A model generated the notes under the pieces. The model was not told the origin of the DNA, made no database searches, and saw only the letters and a list, made by a program, of their open reading frames with translations. Position numbers and translations under genes: made by a program. A stretch of DNA of 64,000 nt from the human T2T-CHM13v2.0 reference genome, Homo sapiens: assembly GCF_009914755.1 (NCBI RefSeq), contig NC_060948.1; one strand, given 5' to 3'. This document shows positions 27,201 to 42,200 of this stretch, piece by piece (position 1 is the first letter of the stretch; the number at the start of each line of letters is the position of its first letter).

Positions 27201-30200
27201 GGCATCAAACGGAATGGAATGGACAGCCACGGAATGGAATGCACTCGAATGCAATGGAGTCGAAACTAATGGACTGGAATAGAATGGATTCGACTGGTAC
27301 GGACACCAATGGAATGGAATCGAATGGAAGGGAATCGAACGGAATGGACTCGAAGGGAAAAGACTGCAATGGAAAGGTCTCGAATGGAATGGAAATTAAT
27401 GGAATGGAATGGAATCGAATGAAATGGAGTCAAAAGGAATGGAATCGAATGGCAAGAAATCGAATGTAATGGAATCGCAAGGAATTGATGTGAACGGAAC
27501 GGAATGGAATGGAATCCAAAGGAATGGAATAGAATGGAATGGAATCGAATGGAAAGGACTCGAATGGAAATCACTCGAATAGAATGCAATTTAATAAAAT
27601 AGGATCAAATGTAATGGAATGGAATGGAAAGGAATCGAAACGAAAGGAATGGAGACAGATGGAATGGAATGGAACAGAGAGCAATGGTATAGAATGGAAT
27701 GGAATCATCTGGAATGGAATTGAATGGAATGGAATAATATGAAATGGAATGGAATGGAATGGAATGGAATGCCCTTGAATTAAATGGACTGGAATGGAAT
27801 GGACTCGAACAGAGTGGAATGGAAAGTGTTGAGATAGAATGGAATGGACTCGTTTGGAATGGTGTAGTATGCAATGCAATCGACTGGCAGGGAATCAAAA
27901 GGAATGTAATGGAATGGATTGGACTGGAATGCAATGGACTCGAATAGATTGCAAACGGAATGCAAAGGAATGGAATGGAATAGTATGGAATGGAATGGAA
28001 AGGAATGGAGTGGAATAGACTAGAGTGGAATGGAATGAACTGGAAAGCAATAGACTGGAATGGAACTTTCTTGAATGGACTGGAATCAAACGGAATGGAA
28101 TGCAATGCAATCAAATGGCATGGAATAAAATAGAATGAAAGAGAATCAAATGGAATTGAATCGAATGGAATCGAATGGATTGGAAAGGAATAGAATGGAA
28201 TGGAATGGAATTGACTCAAATGGAATGGACTAGAATGGAATGGATTCGAATGGAAGGCAAAGGAATGGAATCTATTGGAATGGACTGTAATGGAATGGAA
28301 TGGAAGGGATTGGAATGGACTCGAATGGAATGGACTGCAATAGAAAGGATTCGAATGGAATGAAAAAGAATTGAATGGAATAGAACAGAATGGAATCAAA
28401 TCGAATGAAATGGAATGGAATAGAAAGGAATGGAATGAAATGGAATGGAAAGGATTCGAATGGAATGCAATCGAATGGAATGGAATCGAACGGAATGGAA
28501 TAAAATGGAAGAAAACTGGCAAGAAATGGAATCGAAATGAATGGAGTGTTATGGAACGGACTCAAAAGGAATTGAATGTAATAGAATGGAGTGGAGTGGA
28601 CTCGAATATAATGGACTGGAATGGAATGAAATCACATGGAATGGGAACGAATGGAATGGAATGGAAAGGAATGGAATCGAATGGAAAGGAATCGAATGGA
28701 AGGGAATGAAATTGAATCAACAGGAATGGAAGGGAATAGAATAGACGGTAATGGAATGGACTCGAATTGAATGGACACGAATGCTCAAATTGAATGGACT
28801 CGAATGGAATGGAAACGAAAGGAATGTCATCGAATGGAATTGAATCGATTGGAATGAAATCGCATAGAATGGAGTGGAATCAAATGGAATTGAATCGAAA
28901 GGAAAGGAAGCGAATGGACTGAAATGAAATGGAATGGAATTGAATGGAAAGTAATGCAATGGAATAGAATGGAACGAAATTTCACGGAATGGAATCAAAC
29001 TGAATGGAATCAAATCAATGGAATCTAATCAAATGGAATGGAAAGGAATTGAATGGAGTAGATTGGATTGGATGGGATTGGAATGAAATGTACTGGAAAG
29101 GACTCGAATTTCATGAAACGGAATGGAATGAATTGGAACGGAATGGACTCGAATGGAATGGAATGTCATGGAATGGCATCAAATGGAATGGCATCAAATG
29201 GAATGGAATCGAATGCAATGGAATGCTATGGAATGGAATGGAATGCATTGGAATGGAATGTCCTCTAATGGAATGGATTCGAGTGGAATGGAATCGAATA
29301 TAATGGAGTCGAATGAAATGGAATTGAAAAGAATGGGATCGAATACAATGGAATATACTGGAATGTAATGTAATGAACTCGAATGTAATTGACTGGAATG
29401 GAATGTACATGAATGGAATGTAATCGAATGGAAAGTAATCCAATGGAATAGAAACTAATGCAATAAAATCGACTCAAATAGAGTAGAATGTAATGGAATA
29501 GAGTGCAGTGCAATGGAATGGAATGGAATGGAATGCAATGGAATGGAATGGATTGGAATGGAATGCGATGGAATGGTGTGGAATGGATAGTAATGGACTG
29601 GTGTGAAATGGACTGGAAAGGAATGGACTCAAATTGAAAGGGCTCGAAAGGAATGGAGTCAAATGGAATGGTCTGGAATGGAATGAACACGAATGTAATG
29701 CAATCCAATAGAATGGAATCGAATGGCATGGAATATAAAGAAATGGAATCGAAGAGAATGGAAACAAATGGAATGGAATTGAATGGAATGGAATTGAATG
29801 GAATGGGAACGAATGGAGTGAAATTGTGTGCAGTAGAAGAGAATAGAATGGAATGCAAGTGAAAGGAAAGGAATGGATTGGAATGGAATGGAATTCATTG
29901 GAATGGAAGGGAATGTAGTGTAATGGACAGGCCTGGAATAAAGTGGAATGCTACGGTCTCGAATGGAATAAAAATGTATGGAATGGAATGCAATGAAACG
30001 GAATCGAATGTCATAGAATGTAATGGAATGCAAAAAAATGGAATCCAAAATCATTGACTGGAAAGGCTGGGTGTCGAAAGGAATTGACTCCAAGGGAATG
30101 GAATCGAATGGAATGGAAGTGAATAGAATCGAACTAAATCGAATGGAATGGAATTGATAGGAACGGAATGGAAAGGAATGCAATGATTTGGCATGGAATG

Positions 30201-33200
30201 GAATCGAATGGCATCGAATGGAATGGAATGGAATGCAATGGAATGGAATGTATTAGAATGTAATGAACTTTAATGGAATGTACTCGAATGGATTCGACTG
30301 GAATGGAATGTTCTGGAAGTGAATGGACTCCAATGGAATGGATTCAAAAGGAATGGAATCGTACGGAATGGAATCTAATGGAATGGAATTAAATGGAAAT
30401 GAATCAAATTGAATAGCACGGAATTGAATTGAATGGAATCGAATGCAATGGAATCTAATGAAACGGAAAGGAAAGGAATGGAATGGAATGGAATGGGCTG
30501 GAATGGAAAGGAATCGAAACGAATGGAATGGAATCGAACTGAAGAGACTGGAATGGAATGCACTGGAATGGAAGGGAGTGTAATGGAAGGTTCTCGAAAA
30601 AAATGGAATCGAATGGAATGGAATTGAATGGAACGGAATAGAGTCGAATGGAATTGAATGGAATGGAATGGACTAGAGTGAAATGGAATCGAACCACAAG
30701 GAATGGAGAGGAATAGAATGGTCTCGAATTGAATGGAATCGTATGGAATGGCATCAAACGGAATGGAATGGACAGCCACGGAATGGAATGCACTCGAATG
30801 CAATGGAGTCGAAACTAATGGACTGGAATAGAATGGACTCGACTGGTACGGACTCCAATGGAATGGAATCGAATGGAAGGGAATCGAACGGAATGGACTC
30901 GAAGGGAAAAGACTGCAATGGAAAGGTCTCGAATGGAATGGAAATTAATGGAATGGAATGGAATCGAATGAAATGGAGTCAAAAGGAATGGAATCGAATG
31001 GCAAGAAATCGAATGTAATGGAATCTCAAGGAATTGATGTGAACGGAACGGAATGGAATGGAATCCAAAGGAATGGAATAGAATGGAATGGAATCGAATG
31101 GAAAGGACTCGAATGGAAATCACTCTAATAGAATGCAATTTAATAAAATAGGATCAAATGGAATGGAATGGAATGGAAAGGAATCGAAACGAAAGGAATG
31201 GAGACAGATGGAATGGAATGGAACAGAGAGCAATGGTATAGAATGGAATGGAATCATCTGGAATGGAATTGAATGGAATGGAATAATATGAAATGGAATG
31301 GAATGGAATGGAATGCCCTTGAATTAAATGGACTGGAATGGAATGGACTCGAACAGAGTGGAATGGAAAGTGTTGACATAGAATGGAATGGACTCGTTTG
31401 GAATGGTGTAGTATGCAATGCAATCGACTGGCAGGGAATCAAAAGGAATGTAATGGAATGGATTGGACTGGAATGCAATGGACTCGAATAGATTGGAAAC
31501 GGAATGCAAAGGAATGGAATGGAATAGTATGGAATGGAATGGAAAGGAATGGAGTGGAATAGACTAGAGTGGAATGGAATGGACTGGAAAGCAATGGACT
31601 GGAATGGAACTTTCTTGAATGGACTGGAATCAAACGGAATGGAATGCAATGCAATCAAATGGCATGGAATAAAATAGAATGAAAGAGAATCAAATGGAAT
31701 TGAATCGAATGGAATCGAATGGATTGGAAAGAATAGAATGGAATGGAATGGAATTGACTCAAATGGAATGGACTAGAATGGAATGGATTCGAATGGAAGG
31801 CAAAGGAATGGAATCTATTGGAATGGACTGTAATGGAATGGAATGGAAGGGATTGGAATGGACTCAAATGGAATGGACTGCAATAGAAAGGATTCGAATG
31901 GAATGAAAAAGAATTGAATGGAATAGAACAGAATGGAATCAAATCGAATGAAATGGAATGGAATAGAAAGGAATGGAATGAAATGGAATGGAAAGGATTC
32001 GAATGGAATGCAATCGAATGGAATGGAATCGAACGGAATGGAATAAAATGGAAGAAAACTGGCAAGAAATGGAATCGAAATGAATGGAGTGTTATGGAAC
32101 GGACTCAAAAGGAATTGAATGTAATAGAATGGAGTGGAGTGGACTCGAATATAATGGACTGGAATGGAATGAAATCACATGGAATGGGAACGAATGGAAT
32201 GGAATGGAAAGGAATGGAATCGAATGGAAAGGAATCGAATGGAAGGGAATGAAATTGAATCAACAGGAATGGAAGAGAATAGAATAGACGTTAATGGAAT
32301 GGACTCGAATAGAATGGACACGAATGCTCAAATTGAATGGACTCGAATGGAATGGAAACGAAAGGAATGTCATCGAATGGAATTGAATCGATTGGAATGA
32401 AATCGCATAGAATGGAGTGGAATCAAATGGAATTGAATCGAAAGGAAAGGAAGCGAATGGACTGAAATGAAATGGAATGGAATTGAATGGAAAGTTATGT
32501 AATGGAATAGAATGGAACGAAATTTCACGGAATGCAATCAAACTGAATGGAATCAAATCAATGGAATCAAATCAAATGGAATGGAAAGGAATTGAATGGA
32601 GTAGATTGGATTGGATGGGATTGGAATGAAATATACTGGAAAGGACTCGAATTTCATGAAACGGAATGGAATGAATTGGAACGGAACGGACTCGAATGGA
32701 ATGGAATGTCATGGAATGGCATCGAATGGAATGGCATCAAATGGAATGGAATCGAATGCAATGGAGTGCTATGGAATGGAATGGAATGCATTGGAATGGA
32801 ATGTCCTCTAATGGAATGGATTCGAGTGGAATGGAATCGAATATAATGGAGTCGAATGAAATGGAATTGAAAGGAATGGGATCGAATATAATGGAATATA
32901 CTGGAATGTAATGTAATGAACTCGAATGTAATTGACTGGAATGGAATGTACATGAATGGAATGTAATCGAATGGAAAGTAATCCAATGGAATAGAATCTA
33001 ATGCAATAAAATCGACTCAGATAGAGTAGAATGTAATGGAATGGAGTGCAGTGCAATGGAATGGAATGGAATGGAATGCAATGGAATGGAATGGAATGGA
33101 ATGGAATGCAATGGGATGGTGTGGAATGGATAGTAATGGACTGGAGTGAAATGGACTGGAAAGGAATGGACTCAAATTGAAAGGGCTCGAAAGGATTGGA

Positions 33201-36200
33201 GTCAAATGGAATGGTCTGGAATGGAATGAACACGAATGTAATGCAATCCAATAGAATGGAATCGAATGGCATGGAATATAAAGAAATGGAATCGAAGAGA
33301 ATGGAAACAAATGGAATGGAATTGAATGGAATGGAATTGAATGGAATGGGAACGAATGGAGTGAAATTGTATGCAGTAGAAGAGAATAGAATGGAATGCA
33401 AGCGAAAGGAAAGGAATGGATTGGAATGGAATGGAATTCATTGGAATGGAAGGGAATGTAGTGTAATGGACAGGCCTGGAATAAAGTGGAATGCTACGGT
33501 CTCGAATGGAATAAAAATGTATGGAATGGAATGCAATGAAACGGAATCGAATGTCATAGAATGTAATGGAATGCAAAAAAATGGAATCCAAAATCATTGA
33601 CTGGAAAGGCTGGGTGTCGAAAGGAATTGACTCCAATGGAATGGAATCGAATGGAATGGAAGTGAATAGAATCGAACTAAATCGAATGGAATGGAATTGA
33701 TAGGAACGGAATGGAAAGGAATGCAATGATTTGGCATGGAATGCAATCGAATGGCATCGAATGGAATGGAATGGAATGCAATGGAATGGAATGTATTAGA
33801 ATGTAATGAACTTTAATGGTATGTACTCGAATGGATTCGACTGGAATGGAATGTTCTGGAAGTGAATGGACTCCAATGGAATGGATTCAAAAGGAATGGA
33901 ATCGTACGGAATGGAATCTAATGGAATGGAATTAAATGGAAATGAATCAAATTGAATAGCACGGAATTGAATTGAATGGAATGGAATGCAATGGAATCTA
34001 ATGAAACGGAAAGGAAAGGAATGGAATGGAATGGAATGGGCTGGAATGGAAAGGAATCGAAACGAATGGAATGGAATCGAAGTGAAGAGACTGGAATGGA
34101 ATGCACTGGAATGGAAGGGAGTGTAATGGAAGGTTCTCGAAAAAAATGGAATCGAATGGAATGGAATTGAATGGAACGGAATAGAGTCGAATGGAATTGA
34201 ATGGAATGGAATGGACTAGAGTGAAATGGAATCGAACCACAAGGAATGGAGAGGAATAGAATGGTCTCGAATTGAATGGAATCGTATGGAATGGCATCAA
34301 ACGGAATGGAATGGACAGCCACGGAATGGAATGCACTCGAATGCAATGGAGTCGAAACTAATGGACTGGAATAGAATGGACTCGACTGGTACGGACTCCA
34401 ATGGAATGGAATCGAATGGAAGGGAATCGAACGGAATGGACTCGAAGGGAAAAGACTGCAATGGAAAGGTCTCGAATGGAATGGAAATTAATGGAATGGA
34501 ATGGAATCGAATGAAATGGAGTCAAAAGGAATGGAATCGAATGGCAAGAAATCGAATGTAATGGAATCGCAAGGAATTGATGTGAACGGAATGGAATGGA
34601 ATGGAATCCAAAGGAATGGAATAGAATGGAATGGAATCGAATGGAAAGGACTCGAATGGAAATCACTCGAATAGAATGCAATTTAATAAAATAGGATCAA
34701 ATGTAATGGAATGGAATGGAAAGGAATCGAAACGAAAGGAATGGAGACAGATGGAATGGAATGGAACAGAGAGCAATGGTATAGAATGGAATGGAATCAT
34801 CTGGAATGGAATTGAATGGAATGGAATAACATGAAATGGACTGGAATGGAATGGAATGCCCTTGAATTAAATGGACTGGAATGGAATGGACTCGAACAGA
34901 GTGGAATGGAAAGTGTTGAAATAGAATGGAATGGACTGGTTTGGAATGGTCTAGTATGCAATGCAATCGACTGGCAGGGAATCAAAAGGAATGTAATCGA
35001 ATGGATTGGACTGGAATGCAATGGACTCGAATAGATTGGAAACGGAATGCAAAGGAATGGAATGGAATAGTATGGAATGGAATGGAAAGGAATGGAGTGG
35101 AATAGACTAGAGTGGAATGGAATGGACTCGAAAGCAATGGACTGGAATGGAACTTTCTTGAATGGACTGGAATCAAACGGAATGGAATGCAATGCAATCA
35201 AATGGCATGGAATAAAATAGAATGAAAGAGAATCAAATGGAATTGAATCGAATGGAATCGAATGGATTGGAAAGGAATAGAATGGAATGGAATGGAATTG
35301 ACTCAAATGGAATGGACTAGAATGGAATGGATTCGAATGGAAGGCAAAGGAATGGAATCTATTGGAATGGACTGTAATGGAATGGAATGGAAGGGATTGG
35401 AATGGACTCGAATGGAATGGACTGCAATAGAAAGGATTCGAATGGAATGAAAAAGAATTGAATGGAATAGAACAGAATGGAATCAAATCGAATGAAATGG
35501 AATGGAATAGAAAGGAATGGAATGAAATGGAATGGAAAGGATTCGAATGGAATGCAATCGAATGGAATGGAATCGAACGGAATGGAATAAAATGGAAGAA
35601 AACTGGCAAGAAATGGAATCGAAATGAATGGAGTGTTATGGAACGGACTCAAAAGGAATTGAATGTAATAGAATGGAGTGGAGTGGACTCGAATATAATG
35701 GACTGGAATGGAATGAAATCACATGGAATGGGAACGAATGGAATGGAATGGAAAGGAATGGAATCGAATGGAAAGGAATCGAATGGAAGGGAATGAAATT
35801 GAATCAACAGGAATGGAAGGGAATAGAATAGACGGTAATGGAATGGACTCGAATTGAATGGACACGAATGCTCAAATTGAATGGACTCGAATGGAATGGA
35901 AACGAAAGGAATGTCATCGAATGGAATTGAATCGATTGGAATGAAATCGCATAGAATGGAGTGGAATCAAATGGAATTGAATCGAAAGGAAAGGAAGCGA
36001 ATGGACTGAAATGAAATGGAATGGAATTGAATGGAAAGTAATGCAATGGAATAGAATGGAACGAAATTTCACGGAATGGAATCAAACTGAATGGAATCAA
36101 ATCAATGGAATCTAATCAAATGGAATGGAAAGGAATTGAATGGAGTAGATTGGATTGGATGGGATTGGAATGAAATGTACTGGAAAGGACTCGAATTTCA

Positions 36201-39200
36201 TGAAACGGAATGGAATGAATTGGAACGGAATGGACTCGAATGGAATGGAATGTCATGGAATGGCATCAAATGGAATGGCATCAAATGGAATGGAATCGAA
36301 TGCAATGGAATGCTATGGAATGGAATGGAATGCATTGGAATGGAATGTCCTCTAATGGAATGGATTCGAGTGGAATGGAATCGAATATAATGGAGTCGAA
36401 TGAAATGGAATTGAAAAGAATGGGATCGAATACAATGGAATATACTGGAATGTAATGTAATGAACTCGAATGTAATTGACTGGAATGGAATGTACATGAA
36501 TGGAATGTAATCGAATGGAAAGTAATCCAATGGAATAGAAACTAATGCAATAAAATCGACTCAAATAGAGTAGAATGTAATGGAATAGAGTGCAGTGCAA
36601 TGGAATGGAATGGAATGGAATGCAATGGAATGGAATGGATTGGAATGGAATGCGATGGAATGGTGTGGAATGGATAGTAATGGACTGGTGTGAAATGGAC
36701 TGGAAAGGAATGGACTCAAATTGAAAGGGCTCGAAAGGAATGGAGTCAAATGGAATGGTCTGGAATGGAATGAACACGAATGTAATGCAATCCAATAGAA
36801 TGGAATCGAATGGCATGGAATATAAAGAAATGGAATCGAAGAGAATGGAAACAAATGGAATGGAATTGAATGGAATGGAATTGAATGGAATGGGAACGAA
36901 TGGAGTGAAATTGTGTGCAGTAGAAGAGAATAGAATGGAATGCAAGTGAAAGGAAAGGAATGGATTGGAATGGAATGGAATTCATTGGAATGGAAGGGAA
37001 TGTAGTGTAATGGACAGGCCTGGAATAAAGTGGAATGCTACGGTCTCGAATGGAATAAAAATGTATGGAATGGAATGCAATGAAACGGAATCGAATGTCA
37101 TAGAATGTAATGGAATGCAAAAAAATGGAATCCAAAATCATTGACTGGAAAGGCTGGGTGTCGAAAGGAATTGACTCCAAGGGAATGGAATCGAATGGAA
37201 TGGAAGTGAATAGAATCGAACTAAATCGAATGGAATGGAATTGATAGGAACGGAATGGAAAGGAATGCAATGATTTGGCATGGAATGGAATCGAATGGCA
37301 TCGAATGGAATGGAATGGAATGCAATGGAATGGAATGTATTAGAATGTAATGAACTTTAATGGAATGTACTCGAATGGATTCGACTGGAATGGAATGTTC
37401 TGGAAGTGAATGGACTCCAATGGAATGGATTCAAAAGGAATGGAATCGTACGGAATGGAATCTAATGGAATGGAATTAAATGGAAATGAATCAAATTGAA
37501 TAGCACGGAATTGAATTGAATGGAATCGAATGCAATGGAATCTAATGAAACGGAAAGGAAAGGAATGGAATGGAATGGAATGGGCTGGAATGGAAAGGAA
37601 TCGAAACGAATGGAATGGAATCGAACTGAAGAGACTGGAATGGAATGCACTGGAATGGAAGGGAGTGTAATGGAAGGTTCTCGAAAAAAATGGAATCGAA
37701 TGGAATGGAATTGAATGGAACGGAATAGAGTCGAATGGAATTGAATGGAATGGAATGGACTAGAGTGAAATGGAATCGAACCACAAGGAATGGAGAGGAA
37801 TAGAATGGTCTCGAATTGAATGGAATCGTATGGAATGGCATCAAACGGAATGGAATGGACAGCCACGGAATGGAATGCACTCGAATGCAATGGAGTCGAA
37901 ACTAATGGACTGGAATAGAATGGACTCGACTGGTACGGACTCCAATGGAATGGAATCGAATGGAAGGGAATCGAACGGAATGGACTCGAAGGGAAAAGAC
38001 TGCAATGGAAAGGTCTCGAATGGAATGGAAATTAATGGAATGGAATGGAATCGAATGAAATGGAGTCAAAAGGAATGGAATCGAATGGCAAGAAATCGAA
38101 TGTAATGGAATCTCAAGGAATTGATGTGAACGGAACGGAATGGAATGGAATCCAAAGGAATGGAATAGAATGGAATGGAATCGAATGGAAAGGACTCGAA
38201 TGGAAATCACTCTAATAGAATGCAATTTAATAAAATAGGATCAAATGGAATGGAATGGAATGGAAAGGAATCGAAACGAAAGGAATGGAGACAGATGGAA
38301 TGGAATGGAACAGAGAGCAATGGTATAGAATGGAATGGAATCATCTGGAATGGAATTGAATGGAATGGAATAATATGAAATGGAATGGAATGGAATGGAA
38401 TGCCCTTGAATTAAATGGACTGGAATGGAATGGACTCGAACAGAGTGGAATGGAAAGTGTTGACATAGAATGGAATGGACTCGTTTGGAATGGTGTAGTA
38501 TGCAATGCAATCGACTGGCAGGGAATCAAAAGGAATGTAATGGAATGGATTGGACTGGAATGCAATGGACTCGAATAGATTGGAAACGGAATGCAAAGGA
38601 ATGGAATGGAATAGTATGGAATGGAATGGAAAGGAATGGAGTGGAATAGACTAGAGTGGAATGGAATGGACTGGAAAGCAATGGACTGGAATGGAACTTT
38701 CTTGAATGGACTGGAATCAAACGGAATGGAATGCAATGCAATCAAATGGCATGGAATAAAATAGAATGAAAGAGAATCAAATGGAATTGAATCGAATGGA
38801 ATCGAATGGATTGGAAAGAATAGAATGGAATGGAATGGAATTGACTCAAATGGAATGGACTAGAATGGAATGGATTCGAATGGAAGGCAAAGGAATGGAA
38901 TCTATTGGAATGGACTGTAATGGAATGGAATGGAAGGGATTGGAATGGACTCAAATGGAATGGACTGCAATAGAAAGGATTCGAATGGAATGAAAAAGAA
39001 TTGAATGGAATAGAACAGAATGGAATCAAATCGAATGAAATGGAATGGAATAGAAAGGAATGGAATGAAATGGAATGGAAAGGATTCGAATGGAATGCAA
39101 TCGAATGGAATGGAATCGAACGGAATGGAATAAAATGGAAGAAAACTGGCAAGAAATGGAATCGAAATGAATGGAGTGTTATGGAACGGACTCAAAAGGA

Positions 39201-42200
39201 ATTGAATGTAATAGAATGGAGTGGAGTGGACTCGAATATAATGGACTGGAATGGAATGAAATCACATGGAATGGGAACGAATGGAATGGAATGGAAAGGA
39301 ATGGAATCGAATGGAAAGGAATCGAATGGAAGGGAATGAAATTGAATCAACAGGAATGGAAGAGAATAGAATAGACGTTAATGGAATGGACTCGAATAGA
39401 ATGGACACGAATGCTCAAATTGAATGGACTCGAATGGAATGGAAACGAAAGGAATGTCATCGAATGGAATTGAATCGATTGGAATGAAATCGCATAGAAT
39501 GGAGTGGAATCAAATGGAATTGAATCGAAAGGAAAGGAAGCGAATGGACTGAAATGAAATGGAATGGAATTGAATGGAAAGTTATGTAATGGAATAGAAT
39601 GGAACGAAATTTCACGGAATGCAATCAAACTGAATGGAATCAAATCAATGGAATCAAATCAAATGGAATGGAAAGGAATTGAATGGAGTAGATTGGATTG
39701 GATGGGATTGGAATGAAATATACTGGAAAGGACTCGAATTTCATGAAACGGAATGGAATGAATTGGAACGGAACGGACTCGAATGGAATGGAATGTCATG
39801 GAATGACATCGAATGGAATGGCATCAAATGGAATGGAATCGAATGCAATGGAGTGCTATGGAATGGAATGGAATGCATTGGAATGGAATGTCCTCTAATG
39901 GAATGGATTCGAGTGGAATGGAATCGAATATAATGGAGTCGAATGAAATGGAATTGAAAGGAATGGGATCGAATATAATGGAATATACTGGAATGTAATG
40001 TAATGAACTCGAATGTAATTGACTGGAATGGAATGTACATGAATGGAATGTAATCGAATGGAAAGTAATCCAATGGAATAGAATCTAATGCAATAAAATC
40101 GACTCAGATAGAGTAGAATGTAATGGAATGGAGTGCAGTGCAATGGAATGGAATGGAATGGAATGCAATGGAATGGAATGGAATGGAATGGAATGCAATG
40201 GGATGGTGTGGAATGGATAGTAATGGACTGGAGTGAAATGGACTGGAAAGGAATGGACTCAAATTGAAAGGGCTCGAAAGGATTGGAGTCAAATGGAATG
40301 GTCTGGAATGGAATGAACACGAATGTAATGCAATCCAATAGAATGGAATCGAATGGCATGGAATATAAAGAAATGGAATCGAAGAGAATGGAAACAAATG
40401 GAATGGAATTGAATGGAATGGAATTGAATGGAATGGGAACGAATGGAGTGAAATTGTATGCAGTAGAAGAGAATAGAATGGAATGCAAGCGAAAGGAAAG
40501 GAATGGATTGGAATGGAATGGAATTCATTGGAATGGAAGGGAATGTAGTGTAATGGACAGGCCTGGAATAAAGTGGAATGCTACGGTCTCGAATGGAATA
40601 AAAATGTATGGAATGGAATGCAATGAAACGGAATCGAATGTCATAGAATGTAATGGAATGCAAAAAAATGGAATCCAAAATCATTGACTGGAAAGGCTGG
40701 GTGTCGAAAGGAATTGACTCCAATGGAATGGAATCGAATGGAATGGAAGTGAATAGAATCGAACTAAATCGAATGGAATGGAATTGATAGGAACGGAATG
40801 GAAAGGAATGCAATGATTTGGCATGGAATGCAATCGAATGGCATCGAATGGAATGGAATGGAATGCAATGGAATGGAATGTATTAGAATGTAATGAACTT
40901 TAATGGTATGTACTCGAATGGATTCGACTGGAATGGAATGTTCTGGAAGTGAATGGACTCCAATGGAATGGATTCAAAAGGAATGGAATCGTACGGAATG
41001 GAATCTAATGGAATGGAATTAAATGGAAATGAATCAAATTGAATAGCACGGAATTGAATTGAATGGAATGGAATGCAATGGAATCTAATGAAACGGAAAG
41101 GAAAGGAATGGAATGGAATGGAATGGGCTGGAATGGAAAGGAATCGAAACGAATGGAATGGAATCGAAGTGAAGAGACTGGAATGGAATGCACTGGAATG
41201 GAAGGGAGTGTAATGGAAGGTTCTCGAAAAAAATGGAATCGAATGGAATGGAATTGAATGGAACGGAATAGAGTCGAATGGAATTGAATGGAATGGAATG
41301 GACTAGAGTGAAATGGAATCGAACCACAAGGAATGGAGAGGAATAGAATGGTCTCGAATTGAATGGAATCGTATGGAATGGCATCAAACGGAATGGAATG
41401 GACAGCCACGGAATGGAATGCACTCGAATGCAATGGAGTCGAAACTAATGGACTGGAATAGAATGGACTCGACTGGTACGGACTCCAATGGAATGGAATC
41501 GAATGGAAGGGAATCGAACGGAATGGACTCGAAGGGAAAAGACTGCAATGGAAAGGTCTCGAATGGAATGGAAATTAATGGAATGGAATGGAATCGAATG
41601 AAATGGAGTCAAAAGGAATGGAATCGAATGGCAAGAAATCGAATGTAATGGAATCGCAAGGAATTGATGTGAACGGAATGGAATGGAATGGAATCCAAAG
41701 GAATGGAATAGAATGGAATGGAATCGAATGGAAAGGACTCGAATGGAAATCACTCGAATAGAATGCAATTTAATAAAATAGGATCAAATGTAATGGAATG
41801 GAATGGAAAGGAATCGAAACGAAAGGAATGGAGACAGATGGAATGGAATGGAACAGAGAGCAATGGTATAGAATGGAATGGAATCATCTGGAATGGAATT
41901 GAATGGAATGGAATAACATGAAATGGACTGGAATGGAATGGAATGCCCTTGAATTAAATGGACTGGAATGGAATGGACTCGAACAGAGTGGAATGGAAAG
42001 TGTTGAAATAGAATGGAATGGACTGGTTTGGAATGGTCTAGTATGCAATGCAATCGACTGGCAGGGAATCAAAAGGAATGTAATCGAATGGATTGGACTG
42101 GAATGCAATGGACTCGAATAGATTGGAAACGGAATGCAAAGGAATGGAATGGAATAGTATGGAATGGAATGGAAAGGAATGGAGTGGAATAGACTAGAGT

